From: Mobula hypostoma
Taxonomy: Eukaryota
Assembly: GCF_963921235.1 (NCBI RefSeq)
Contig: NC_086108.1
Span: 68,140,001-68,204,000, forward strand
Length of the DNA: 64,000 nt
Direction: 5' to 3'
Each line of letters opens with the position of its first letter. Position 1 is the stretch's first letter. The notes beneath the pieces were generated by a model. That model did no database searches. It had not been told where the DNA came from and saw only the letters and a list, made by a program, of their open reading frames with translations. The position numbers and the translations under genes are program-made. Positions 13,770 through 24,026 of this stretch are shown one piece after another.

Positions 13770-14939
13770 ACCTCTTTCTAGAAATTTTTACTGCAATAAC
13801 AGCATTATAAAAATGGTCATTTAACTTGGTAATTTATTAACTTATTTGGAAAATATATTATGATAAATGTGAGATTACTGGTTAAATTTTAAAGCATTGT
13901 CCTGCTCTTTCTGCATTACTACAGGTCAATCTGAATTTTAAAAATGTGACTGCAAAGACATCATCAAATACAATGTAATTACTAATAGTGGGAGGGTAAT
14001 GAAAGGGTAAATCAAGAAAATTCCAACCTACAAGTTAGACAGGTGGAGAAGTATATCACTCCTAAATATATTTCTCATCTATTTATTCCAAATTAGTTTT
14101 TGAAACTGTATTTCAAGCTCCACTGATTTTGAGGTTCAGTGACTTGGTAGTCATTAAATTTTCACAAATAATCTTCCGCTGTATTATTCTTTTGGTATCA
14201 TATTTTAAATTTCCAGAAAGAAGCAATTATGTTGTCACAGAGGTATACTTTGACATACTGAGAATTAATCAGAAAGATTTCATTTGAATGCCAAAATATG
14301 ATGTTTTCTATTTTTGCCTGAATAGAAGACTCGGATTCATCCCCCTGCGGCCATGACAAGAATGTAGGAAGATGGATTTATCCTTATACATCCATTGTTG
14401 TAAGAATGCTTGAACAGATGAAATATTGCTATTTTAAAATGTTCATTATGTTATTATCTATCTTAGGATGTCTGGCCAATGTCCTGATTCTCTAATTAGG
14501 TATTCAAAGTCAGTAATACTTCTCCTGTCCATCCACTATAACCCCATTTGATTTACTTACAAGCATCATGCAAAATACCGAATGCTATATGATCTCTCCT
14601 GAAATAGAGGGCACGCCAAAAGATATTTCATAGTTTGTCTCTCACCGCAGTGGCAAATTTCAAACATTGTAACATAGCCCCATCACATCACATCAGTTCT
14701 TGAACCGTGTGAGATTAGAGACAGGTTTGTACATCTAAGATGGTCTGTTTCTTCTCTGCCATCACAGGGAACTGCTCAGTCACACTGACAACCATGTCAA
14801 CTCTCAGTTAAGTTCAGTAAATCATGTCTTCCATAGCTTTTCATGATTGATTAAAACAGCGATGCCGCTATATACATTGTAATGAAGAAGTTCTTTTATA
14901 ACTTCAGTCATTTTTCTAGAACCATATAATTATTGAGAG

Positions 14940-15033
14940 CAACACACACAAAAGGCTGGAGGAACTCAGCAGGCATGGCAGCATCTATGGAAAAGAGTAC
15001 AGTCGACGTTTTGGACCAAGACCCTTCAGCAGT
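14940..15033 (-). mobile_element. Solitary Penelope terminal-repeat fragment with a degenerate hammerhead motif
   Basis: The minus strand reads CTGCTGAAGGGTCTTGGTCCAAAACGTCGACTG, homologous to 15256-15291. Confidence 0.75.
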
Positions 15034-15255
15034 GTATCAAGTTGTATTTTTCAATGCCCTTTATTTGTCATCTATAAGCTAGAAAATATACTTGCAATGG
15101 AGAAATGTGGGGTGAACATGACGGTTCTAATACTGTATTAATGAACTCCATTTTTTCTGTAAGCTTTCCAAGGACTTTATTTCAGAAAACAAGCAACACA
15201 CATCAAAGTTGCTGGTGAACGCAGCAGGCCAAGCAGCATCTATAGGAAGAGGCGC

Positions 15256-15291
15256 AGTCGACGTTTCAGGCCGAGACCCTTCGTCAGGACT
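15256..15291 (-). ncRNA. Minimal type I hammerhead ribozyme motif in the Penelope terminal repeat
   Basis: The minus strand reads AGUC-CUGACGA-AGGGUCUCGGCCU-GAAA-C-GUC-GACU: CUGANGA and GAAA cores, stem II AGG/CCU, stem I AGUC/GACU, a GUC triplet, and palindromic ACGU in place of stem III. Confidence 0.75.
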
Positions 15292-15586
15292 AACTGAAGG
15301 AGGAGTGAGTAAGGGATTTGAAAGCTGGAGGGGGAGGGGGAGATGCAAAATGATAGGAGAAGACAGGAGGGGGAGGGATAAAGCCGAGAGCTGGACAGGT
15401 GATAGGCAAAAGGGGATATGAGAGGATCATGGGACAGGAGGTCCGGGAAGAAAGACGGGGGGGAGGGGTGACCCAGAGGATGGGCAAGAGGTATATTCAG
15501 AGGGACAGAGGGAGAAAAAGGAGAGTGAGAGAAAGAATGTGTGCATAAAAATGAGTAACAGATGGGGTACGAGGGGGAGGTGGGGC

Positions 15587-16663
15587 CTAGCGGAAATTAG
15601 AGAAGTCAATGTTCATGCCATCAGGTTGGAGGCTACCCAGACGGAATATAAGGTGTTGTTCCTCCAACCTGAGTGTGGCTTCATCTTTACAGTAGAGGAG
15701 GCCGTGGATAGACATGTCAGAATGGGAATGGGATGTGGAATTAAAATGTGTGGCCAATGGGAGATCCTGCTTTCTCTGGCGGACAGAGCGTAGATGTTCA
15801 GCAAAGCGGTCTCCCAGTTTGCGTCGGGTCTCACCAATATATAAAAGGCCACATCGGGAGCACCGGACACAGTATATCACCCCAGTCGACTCACAGGTGA
15901 AGTGATGCCTCACCTGGAAGGACTGTTTGGGGCCCTGAATGGTGGTGAGGGAGGAAGTGTAAGGGCATGTGTAGCACTTGTTCCGCTTACATGGATAAGT
16001 GCCAGGAGGGAGATCAGTGGGGAGGGATGGGGGGGACGAATGGACAAGGGAGTTGGGTAGGGAGCGATCCCTGCGGAATGCAGAGAGAGGAGGGGAGGGA
16101 AAGATGTGCTTAGTGGTGGGATCCCGTTGGAGGTGGCGGAAGTTACGGAGAATAATATGTTGGACCCGGAGGCTGGTGGGGTGGTAGGTGAGGACCAGGG
16201 GAACCCTATTCCTAGTGGGGTGGTGGGTGGATGGAGTGAGAGCAGATGTACGTGAAATGGGGGAGATGCGTTTAAGAGCAGAGTTGATAGTGGAGGAAGG
16301 GAAGCCCCTTTCTTTAAAAAATGAAGACATCTCCCTCGTCCTAGAATGAAAAGCCTCATCCTGAGAGCAGATGCGGCGGAGACGGAGGAATTGCGAGAAG
16401 GGGATGGCGTTTTTGCAAGAGACAGGGTGAGAAGAGGAATAGTCCAGATAGCTGTGAGAGTCAGTAGGCTTATAGTAGACATCAGTGGATAAGCTGTCTC
16501 CAGAGACAGAGACAGAAAGATCTAGAAAGGGGAGGGAGGTGTCGGAAATGGACCATGTAAACTTGAGGGCAGGGTGAAAGTTGGAGGCAAAGTTAATAAA
16601 GTCAACGAGTTCTGCATGCGTGCAGGAAGCAGCACCAATGCAGTCGTCGATGTCGCGAAGGAA
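15587..16663 (-). pseudogene. Penelope RT (C-terminal part) and GIY-YIG endonuclease reading frame
   Basis: The frame is open from FLRDIDDCIG..LPFLDL..VYYKPTDSHSYL into ORF 15587..16330, which has GVIYCVRCSRCGLLYIGETRRKLGDRFAEH and QPDGMN. Confidence 0.9.
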
Positions 16664-17404
16664 ATTTCAGAAATAGTTTTACTTCTCATGCTCCCAGTAA
16701 GGCTCTGGAAAAAATAAAGATCTTCCTGAATTATGCCAGGACTAACTCAATGTAAAATCGACTAAGCCAGCAGCCACTCTGCTTCACATTTAGGTTTATA
16801 TTCAAATCACAATTGTGCAGATAGAAGTGGCTGGCCTGAGATTTGTCAATAATACTGTCAGATCATCACAGTATAAACTTTACAGCCCTGGCTCTAATCT
16901 CAAAGGGGCACTCTCAATCAAACAGGTAATTTCCTAGAGCTTTATTTCATTGACAGAACTTACGTTACAGATGTTTCTTAATTGTACATATGATTGTTTT
17001 GTGTTCTATCGCTGAGCAGCAGTGAACCATCTGATTGGCCTTTTAGAGTTCTCTTTTGGGAACCAGTTGACCCGATCAGAATTTCTGATCTGACTATTGT
17101 TCACGATCGCACTTAATTAAAAAAAGCGAAAAGAAATAATTAATTTTAGAAGTCTTCTCTTCAAATCATTTGCATGCATAATTTTTTTGCTGGATGTCCT
17201 TACAATGCCACAACCAGATCCAAAATGAGTTTAAAATGACCATTTTATTTGCTGTGTTTGTATATCTCACAAAAAAAGCTTCTTTTGAAAATACCCAATG
17301 GCTCAAGGTATGTATTGAATTGATTTTTAAAATAATGCTATTGATTAGGTTGGTGACTGTAAAGATAGAACGCCTGACAGGGAGCTTCCTGAATAAAATG
17401 AAAA

Positions 17405-17600
17405 TCAAACAATGTGCTTGCTGGATATCTAAAATATAAACAGAAAATATTGGAAACACTCAACAGATTTTGAACTCAGCATACTCAGAAAGAGAAATAG
17501 AGTTACTATTTCAAAGGGTCTTTAACCTAAAATGTGAATTCTGTTTCTCTGACCACAGCTGCTGCCAGGCCTGCTGAGTAATACAGCATTTTTTGCTTTT
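17405..17600. mobile_element. Ancient Penelope terminal-repeat-derived inverted insertion
   Basis: Degenerate similarity to 2781-2988 and 51331-51522 (GGAAACACTCAACAG / CTGCTGAGTAATACAGCATTTT; AAAGGGTC..CCTAAAATGTGAA). Confidence 0.5.
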
Positions 17601-17855
17601 ATTAAACATAAAATTAAATATTGATGAGCTATTGAAGCTGATTTGTTCTGGTTGCACAAACTTTATCAATATTTGGGTGGATCATTACACCATACGTTAA
17701 AAGCTGGATCATACATTTTTAAAAATATGTACAAAATATCCAGGACAGGATACAAGATATATACACTCCCATCAGAGAAGTCTTAGTGGCAAATATATTT
17801 GGGAGCCACCTTAGTAGGTATCTTCAGTACAAAATTAAGTGCCCACTGAGTATAT

Positions 17856-20585
17856 CGAGGCAGAGGAATGAAAGGTGTGGGGGAGTAGAATTGCCTGTTA
17901 GGGAAAATATTACAGCAGTGCTCTGGCAGGACAGATTAGAGGGCTTGTCTACTGAGTCCTTATGGGTGGAGCTGAGAAACAGGAAAGGTATGGCCACATT
18001 AGTGGGATTGTATTACAGACCACCCAATAGTCAACGAGACTTGGCAGAGCAAATCTGCAGAGAGATAGCAGGCAACTGCAGGAAACATAAAGTTGTGGTG
18101 GTAGGGGATTTTAATTTTCCATACATTGATTGGGACTCCCATACTGTTAGGGGTCTAGATGGTTTAGAGTTTGTAAAATGTTTTCAGGAAAGTTTTCTAA
18201 ATCAATATATAGAGGGACCAACTAGAGAGGATGCAATATTGGATCTCCTGTTAGGTAACGAATTAGGGCAAGTGACAGAAGTCTGTGTAAGGGAGCACTT
18301 TGGTTCCAGTAATCATAACACCATTAGTTTCAATTTGATCATGGACAAGGATAGATCTGGTCCTAGGGTTGAGGTTCTGAACTGGAAGAAGGCCAAATTT
18401 GAAGAAATGAGAAAGGATGTAAAAAGCGTGGATTGGGACAGGTTGTTCTCTGGCAAAGATGTGATTGGTAGGTGGGAAGCCTTCAAAGGGGAAATTTTGA
18501 GAGTGCAGAGTTTGTATGTTCCTGTCAGGATTAAAGGCAAATTGAATAGGAATAAGGAACCTTGGTTCTCAAGGGATATTGCAACTCTGATAAAGAAGAA
18601 GAGGGAGTTGTATGAAATGTATAGGAAACAGAGGGTAAATCAGGTGCTTGAGGAGTATAAGAAGTGCAAGAAAATACTTAAGAAAGAAATCAGGAGGGCT
18701 AAAAGAAGACATGAGGTTGCCTTGGCAGTCAAAGTGAAGGATAATCCAAAGAGTTTTTACAAGTATATTAAGAGCAAAAGGATTGTAAGGGATAAAATTG
18801 GTCCTCTTGAAGATCAGAGTGGTCGGCTTTGTGCGGAACCAAAGGAAATGGGGGAGATCTTAAATAGGTTTTTTGCGTCTGTATTTACTAAGGAAGCTGG
18901 CATGAAATCTATGGAATTGAGGGAATCAAGTAGTGAGACCATGGAAACTGTACAGATTGAAAAGGAGGAGGTTCTTGCTGTCTTGAGGAAAATTAAAGTG
19001 GATAAATCCCCGGGACCTGACAGAGTGTTCCCTCAGACCTTGAAGGAGACTCGTGTTGAAATTGCGGGAGCCCTGGCAGAAATATTTAAAATGTCGCTGT
19101 CTACGGGTGAAGTGCTGGAGGATTGGAGACTGGCTCATGTTGTTCTGTTGTTTAAAAAAGGATCGAAAAGTAATCCGTGAAATTATAGGCCGGTGAGTTT
19201 AACGTCAGTAGTAGGTAAGTTATTGGAGGGAGTACTAAGAGACAGAATCTACAAGCATTTGGATAGACAGGGGCTTATTAGGGAGAGTCAACATGGCTTT
19301 GTGCGTGGTAGGTCATGTTTGACCAATCTGTTGGAGTTTTTCGAGGAGGTTACCAGGAAAGTGGATGAAGGGAAGGCAGTGGATATTGTCGCATGGACTT
19401 CAGTAAGGCCTTTGACAAGGTCCCACATGGGAGGTTAGTTAGGAAAATTCAGTCGCTAGGTATACATGGAGAGGTGGTAAATTGGATTGGACATTGGCTC
19501 GATGGAAGAAGCCAGAGAGTGGTGGTAGACAATTGCTTCTCTGAGTGGAGGCCTGTGACTAGTGGTGTGCCACAGGGATCAGTGCTGGGTCCATTGTTAT
19601 TTGTCATCTATATCAATGATCTGGATGATAATGTGGTAAATTGGATCAGCAAGTTTGCTGATGATGCAAAGATTGGAGGTGTAGTAGACAGTGAGGAAGG
19701 TTTTCAGAGCCTGCAGAGGGACTTGGACCAGCTGGAAAAATGGGCTGAAAAATGGCAGATGAAGTTTAATACTGACAAGTGTGAGGTATTGTACGTTGGA
19801 AGGACAAACCAACGTAGAACATACAGGGTTAATGGTAAGGCACTGAGGAGTGCAGTGAAACAGAGGGATCCGGGAATACAGATACAAAATTCCCTAAAAG
19901 TGTCGTCACAGGTAGATAGGGTCGTAAAGAGAGCTTTTGGTACATTGGCCTTTATTAATCGAAGTATTGAGTATAAGAGCTGGAATGTTATGATAAGGTT
20001 GTATAAGGCATTGGTGAGGCCGAATCTGGAGTATTGTGTTCAGTTTTGGTCACCAAATTACAGGAAGGATATATATAAGGTTGAAAGAGTGCAGAGAAGG
20101 TTTACAAGGATGTTGCCAGGACTTGAAAAACTCAGTTACAGAGAAAGGTTGAATAGGTTAGGACTTTATTCCCTGGAGCGTAGAAGAATGAGGGGAGATT
20201 TGATAGAGGTATATAAAATTATGATGGGTATATATAGAGTGAATGCAAGCAGGCTTTTTCCACTGAGGCAAGGGGAGAAAAAAACCAGAGGACATGGGTT
20301 AAGGGTGAGGGGGGAAAAGTTTAAAGGGAACATTAGGGGGGGCTTCTTCACACAGAGAGTGGTGGGAGTATGGAATGAGCTGCCAGACGAAGTGGTAAAT
20401 GTGGGTTCTTCTTTAACATTTAAGAATAAATTGGACAGATACATGGATGGGAGGTGTATGGAGCGATATGGTCCGTGTGCAGGTCAGTGGGACTAGGCAG
20501 AAAATGGTTCGGCACAGCCAAGAAGGGCCAAAGGGCCTGTTTCTGTGCTGTAGTTTCTATGGTTCTATGGTTCTAGGGTTCTATG
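17856..20585 (+). mobile_element. CR1 LINE, young family, ORF2 from within the endonuclease domain to the 3' end
   Basis: ORFs 17786..19180 (YRPP, VGDFNFP, ILDL), 19193..19438 and 19393..20496. There is a stop at 19178-19180 (GGA>TGA) and a frameshift near 19390. The tail is (TTCTATGG)n. Confidence 0.95.
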
Positions 20586-21537
20586 TTCATTGTCTTCTGC
20601 TGCTGTAACCCATCTATTTCAAGGTTTGACATGTTGTGCATTCAGAGATGGTCTTTTGCACACCACTGTTGTAATGCATGGTTATTTGAGTTACTGTTAC
20701 CTTCTTGTCAGCTTGAACTAGTCTGGCCATTCTCATCTGACCTCTCTCATTAATGGGTCTATTTTGCTCACAAAACTACTGTTCACTGGATTTTTTTTTC
20801 TGTTTCTTTATAAACTCTAGAGATTGTTATACATATATGCATGAAAATTCCAGGAGATCAGCAATTCCTGAGATATTCAAATAACCCCATCAGACACGTA
20901 AGGTCTTAAGGTAGATAAGTCACCTGGACCAGGTGGACTACATCCCAGAGTCTGCAGAGAGGTTGCTGAAGAGTTAACAGATGCATCGGTCATGATCTTT
21001 CATGAATCACTTGATTCTGGCATGGTTCCAGAGGACTGGAAGATTGCAAATGTCGCTCCACTCTTTAAGAAGGGAGGAAGGCAAAAGAAAGGAAATGATA
21101 CTCCAGTTAGCCGAACATCAGTGGTTGGGAAAGTGTTGGAGTCTATTATTAAAGATAAGGTTTCGTGGTACTTGGAGACTGATGATAAAATAAATCAAAG
21201 TCAGCATGGTTTCTGTAAAGGGAAATCATGCTTGACAAATTTGTTCGAGTTCTTCGAGGAAGTAACAAGTAAGGTGCACAGAGGAGAGGAAGTGGATGTC
21301 ATTTACTTGGATTTTCAGAAGGGTGTTTGATAAGGTGCCACACATGAGGGTGTTGAATAAGATAAAATCCTATAGCGTTACAGGAAAGATACTGGCATGG
21401 ATTGCGGAATGGCTGACAGGCAGGAGGCAGCAAGTGGAAATAAAGGAGGCCTTTTTTGGTTGGCTGCCAGTGAATATTGGTGTTCCTCAGGGGTTAGTAT
21501 TAGGACCACTACTTTTCACATTGTTTGTCAATGATTT

Positions 21538-22371
21538 CAAAGGCTCAAAGGTCGAATTCAATGTCAGAGAAATGTATACAATATACATCCTGAAAAGCTT
21601 TTGCTTCGCAACCATCCACGAAAACAGAGGAGTGCCCCAAAGAATGAATGACAGTTAAATGTTAGAACCCCAAGGTCCCCCCCCAGTTCCCCTCCCTCCC
21701 GCATGTAAGCGGCAGCAAGCAACAATCCCCCCTCCCCCCACCGGCAAAGAAAAGCATCGGCACCCGCCACGGAGCACTCAAGCGTGAACAAAGCAATAGC
21801 AAAGACACAGACTTGCGGTTACCCCAAAGACTTCACGTTTCACCCGGAATACAACATACCACAGGCTCTCTCTCTCCCTAATAAGGGAGAAGGAGGTGTC
21901 TCCATTTTTCCCAGCGAGCGGGGAGACATTACAAACAACTCACTGGTTTACAATGTTAAAAGTCCGTTACGTTGCTTTTATCGAGCTCTGTGCCCAAAGA
22001 TCTCAAAGATCCCGGGTCTCCAGGCACAGAGACATAGATATTTCAACTCCCCCAACAACACACGGGTCTCCTGCCGTGACACCGACCCTCGATCCACCTG
22101 TCTCCAGAGCCTGAGATCCTAGGCTTCCAAACCTGAGCCAGACTCTTAGGCCAAGCCCTTAGTGTGCCAAACAACAATGGCTGGTTATGAAACCCTGAGA
22201 GCAGGTCCCATTCCCACAAAGAACTGAAGACAGCTTGTAACTCCAGGTCATGGTCTTCAAAAGGACCCTGAAATGGAAAAATAAAAATATTAAAGATGGA
22301 AACAGAGCTGTTTCCAAAGATGCAGGCAAAGGAGTCACTGTTTAGCGCCATCATTACCCCGTTCCGCCTCC
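21538..22371 (-). mobile_element. Unclassified non-coding insertion of about 830 bp (probable non-autonomous retroposon)
   Basis: It interrupts the CR1 RT at VND|L|DNEIDG. One end has a tandem TCAAAGG repeat, which would be a 3' tail on the minus strand. No recognisable ORF. Confidence 0.6.
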
Positions 22372-22537
22372 AGATAATGAAATTGATGGCTTTGTGGCAA
22401 AGTTTATGGATCATACGAGATAGGTGGAGGGGTAGGTAGTGCTGAGGAAGCAATGTGATTGCAGCAGGACTTAGACAAATTAGGAGAATGGGCAAAAAAA
22501 GTGGCAGATGGAATACAGTGTTAGGAAACGTGCAATA

Positions 22538-24026
22538 CAGGTGTCCCCCGCTTTTCGAATGTTCGCTTTACGAAACCTCACTGTTATGAAAGACCTACAT
22601 TAGTACCCTGTTTTCGCTAACAGAAGGTGTTTTCACTGTTACGAAAAAAGCAGTGCGCGAAAAAAAATCAGCGTGCGATAAAAGGCAGTGCGCGCCATGA
22701 GCAGCCGCTCTCCCCCGGATTCAGAACTGCATTCTAGCCAGCATTGCTTAAACACGTGCCTGTGAGCAGCCATTAGCAAGATGAGTTCTAAGGTTTCGGA
22801 AAAGCCTGAAAGAGCTCGTAAGGGTGTTACACTTAGCATAAAACTAGACATAATTAAGCGTTCTGATCATGGTGAATGAAGTAAGGACTAAGTGAGTCTG
22901 GCTTGTGGAAGCTGACGAAGATGATGTTGAAGAGGTTTTGGCATCCCATGACCAAGAACTGATAGATGAAGAGCTGTTGCAATTGGAAGAGGAAAGGATA
23001 ACAATCGAAACCGAATGAGTAATGATAAAGTACGACTTTAATTTTGAAAGCATCTGTGTTTAGGGGATATTTGCAGGATGGTTTGAGTGCTTACAAAGAA
23101 CTGAATGATAGAGAAACGCGCGAGGCTCAGCAGTTAAGCAAGCCTTCCACATCAGCCACAGCAGACAACGAACCTTGACCTTCGACATTAAGGCGGGCAG
23201 TCATAGGAGAAGATGAGCTGCCTGCTCTAATGAAAACAGACGATGATGAGATGACACCCCAGTGTCCCACCACCCCAACCCCCAGGCCGCGGACAGATAC
23301 CGATTCGCGGAGAATGCAGCAGTAGCAGGGAGACACACAGCACATTTTTAAGAAAAAAGCCGAAATAAACATGCTAATTAATTACGTGCCAGGCAGCACC
23401 TAATTAATTAGCTTGTTTATTTCAGCTTTTTTCTTAAAGGTGTGCTGTGTGCCTCCCGCCTACCGTTGGACCTCAGCATGCTTCGCGGATCGGTATCGGT
23501 TCTCTGCCCGGAGGGTGGGGGCCACTGCACCACTCAAACTCCGATGACTCAGCCTAACACACCATCATCAGTGTGCTTGACACTGTCCCAATTCCAGTAA
23601 GTGATACTACACTGTACATATATTATTTCTACTTTATATTGGCTGTGTATTTTTAAGTGTTATTTGGTATGATTTAGCAGCTTCATAGCTTAAAGGTTAC
23701 TGGAGAGCGCTTGCGCCGTGTTTTTGCCGATGGCACTTGAGTGAGATTTTCGCTATGGAGAACAGTTCAGGCGATGATTGTGGAAAAGTATTTCTACTTC
23801 ATATAATCTGTGTATTTATTAGATCATTCCTGCTTTTACTATATGTTGCTGTTATTTTAGGTTTTATGTGTTATTTGGCATGATTTGGTAGGTTATTTTT
23901 GGGTCTGCGAATGCTCACAAAATTTTCCCATATAAATAAATGGTAATTGCTTCTTCGCTTTACGACATTCTGGCTTATGAACGGTTTCATAGGATTGCTT
24001 TACCTTCAGATGGCGGGGGAAACCTA
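22538..24026 (+). mobile_element. Internally deleted Tigger/pogo DNA transposon
   Basis: TIRs CAGGTGTCCCCCGC and GCGGGGGAAACCTA, with TA at 22536-22537 and 24027-24028. The ATG at 22781 gives MSSKVSEKPERARKGVTLSIKLDIIKR (CENP-B-type HTH start), joined to a C-terminal EDDVEEVLASHDQELIDEELLQLEEER. The DDE core is absent. Confidence 0.9.
23260..23527. repeat. Long imperfect palindrome inside the Tigger element
   Basis: The arm GGGAGACACACAGCACAT..AAGAAAAAAGCCGAAATAAACATGCTAATTAATTACGTGC is mirrored by its near reverse complement. Outer pairs are GATACCGATTCGCG/CGCGGATCGGTATC and CAGTG/CACTG. Confidence 0.85.

Larger units (their letters stand above)
15189..16663 (-). mobile_element. Penelope-like element (PLE), 5'-truncated
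   Basis: RT C-terminus plus GIY-YIG ORF and terminal repeat. A 10-bp TSD ATTTCAGAAA lies at 15179-15188 and 16664-16673. Confidence 0.93.

Noticed and set aside
17786..19180. 464-aa ORF with a novel N-terminus
   Set aside because: The first ~24 codons come from flanking and MITE DNA read into a truncated CR1 ORF2.
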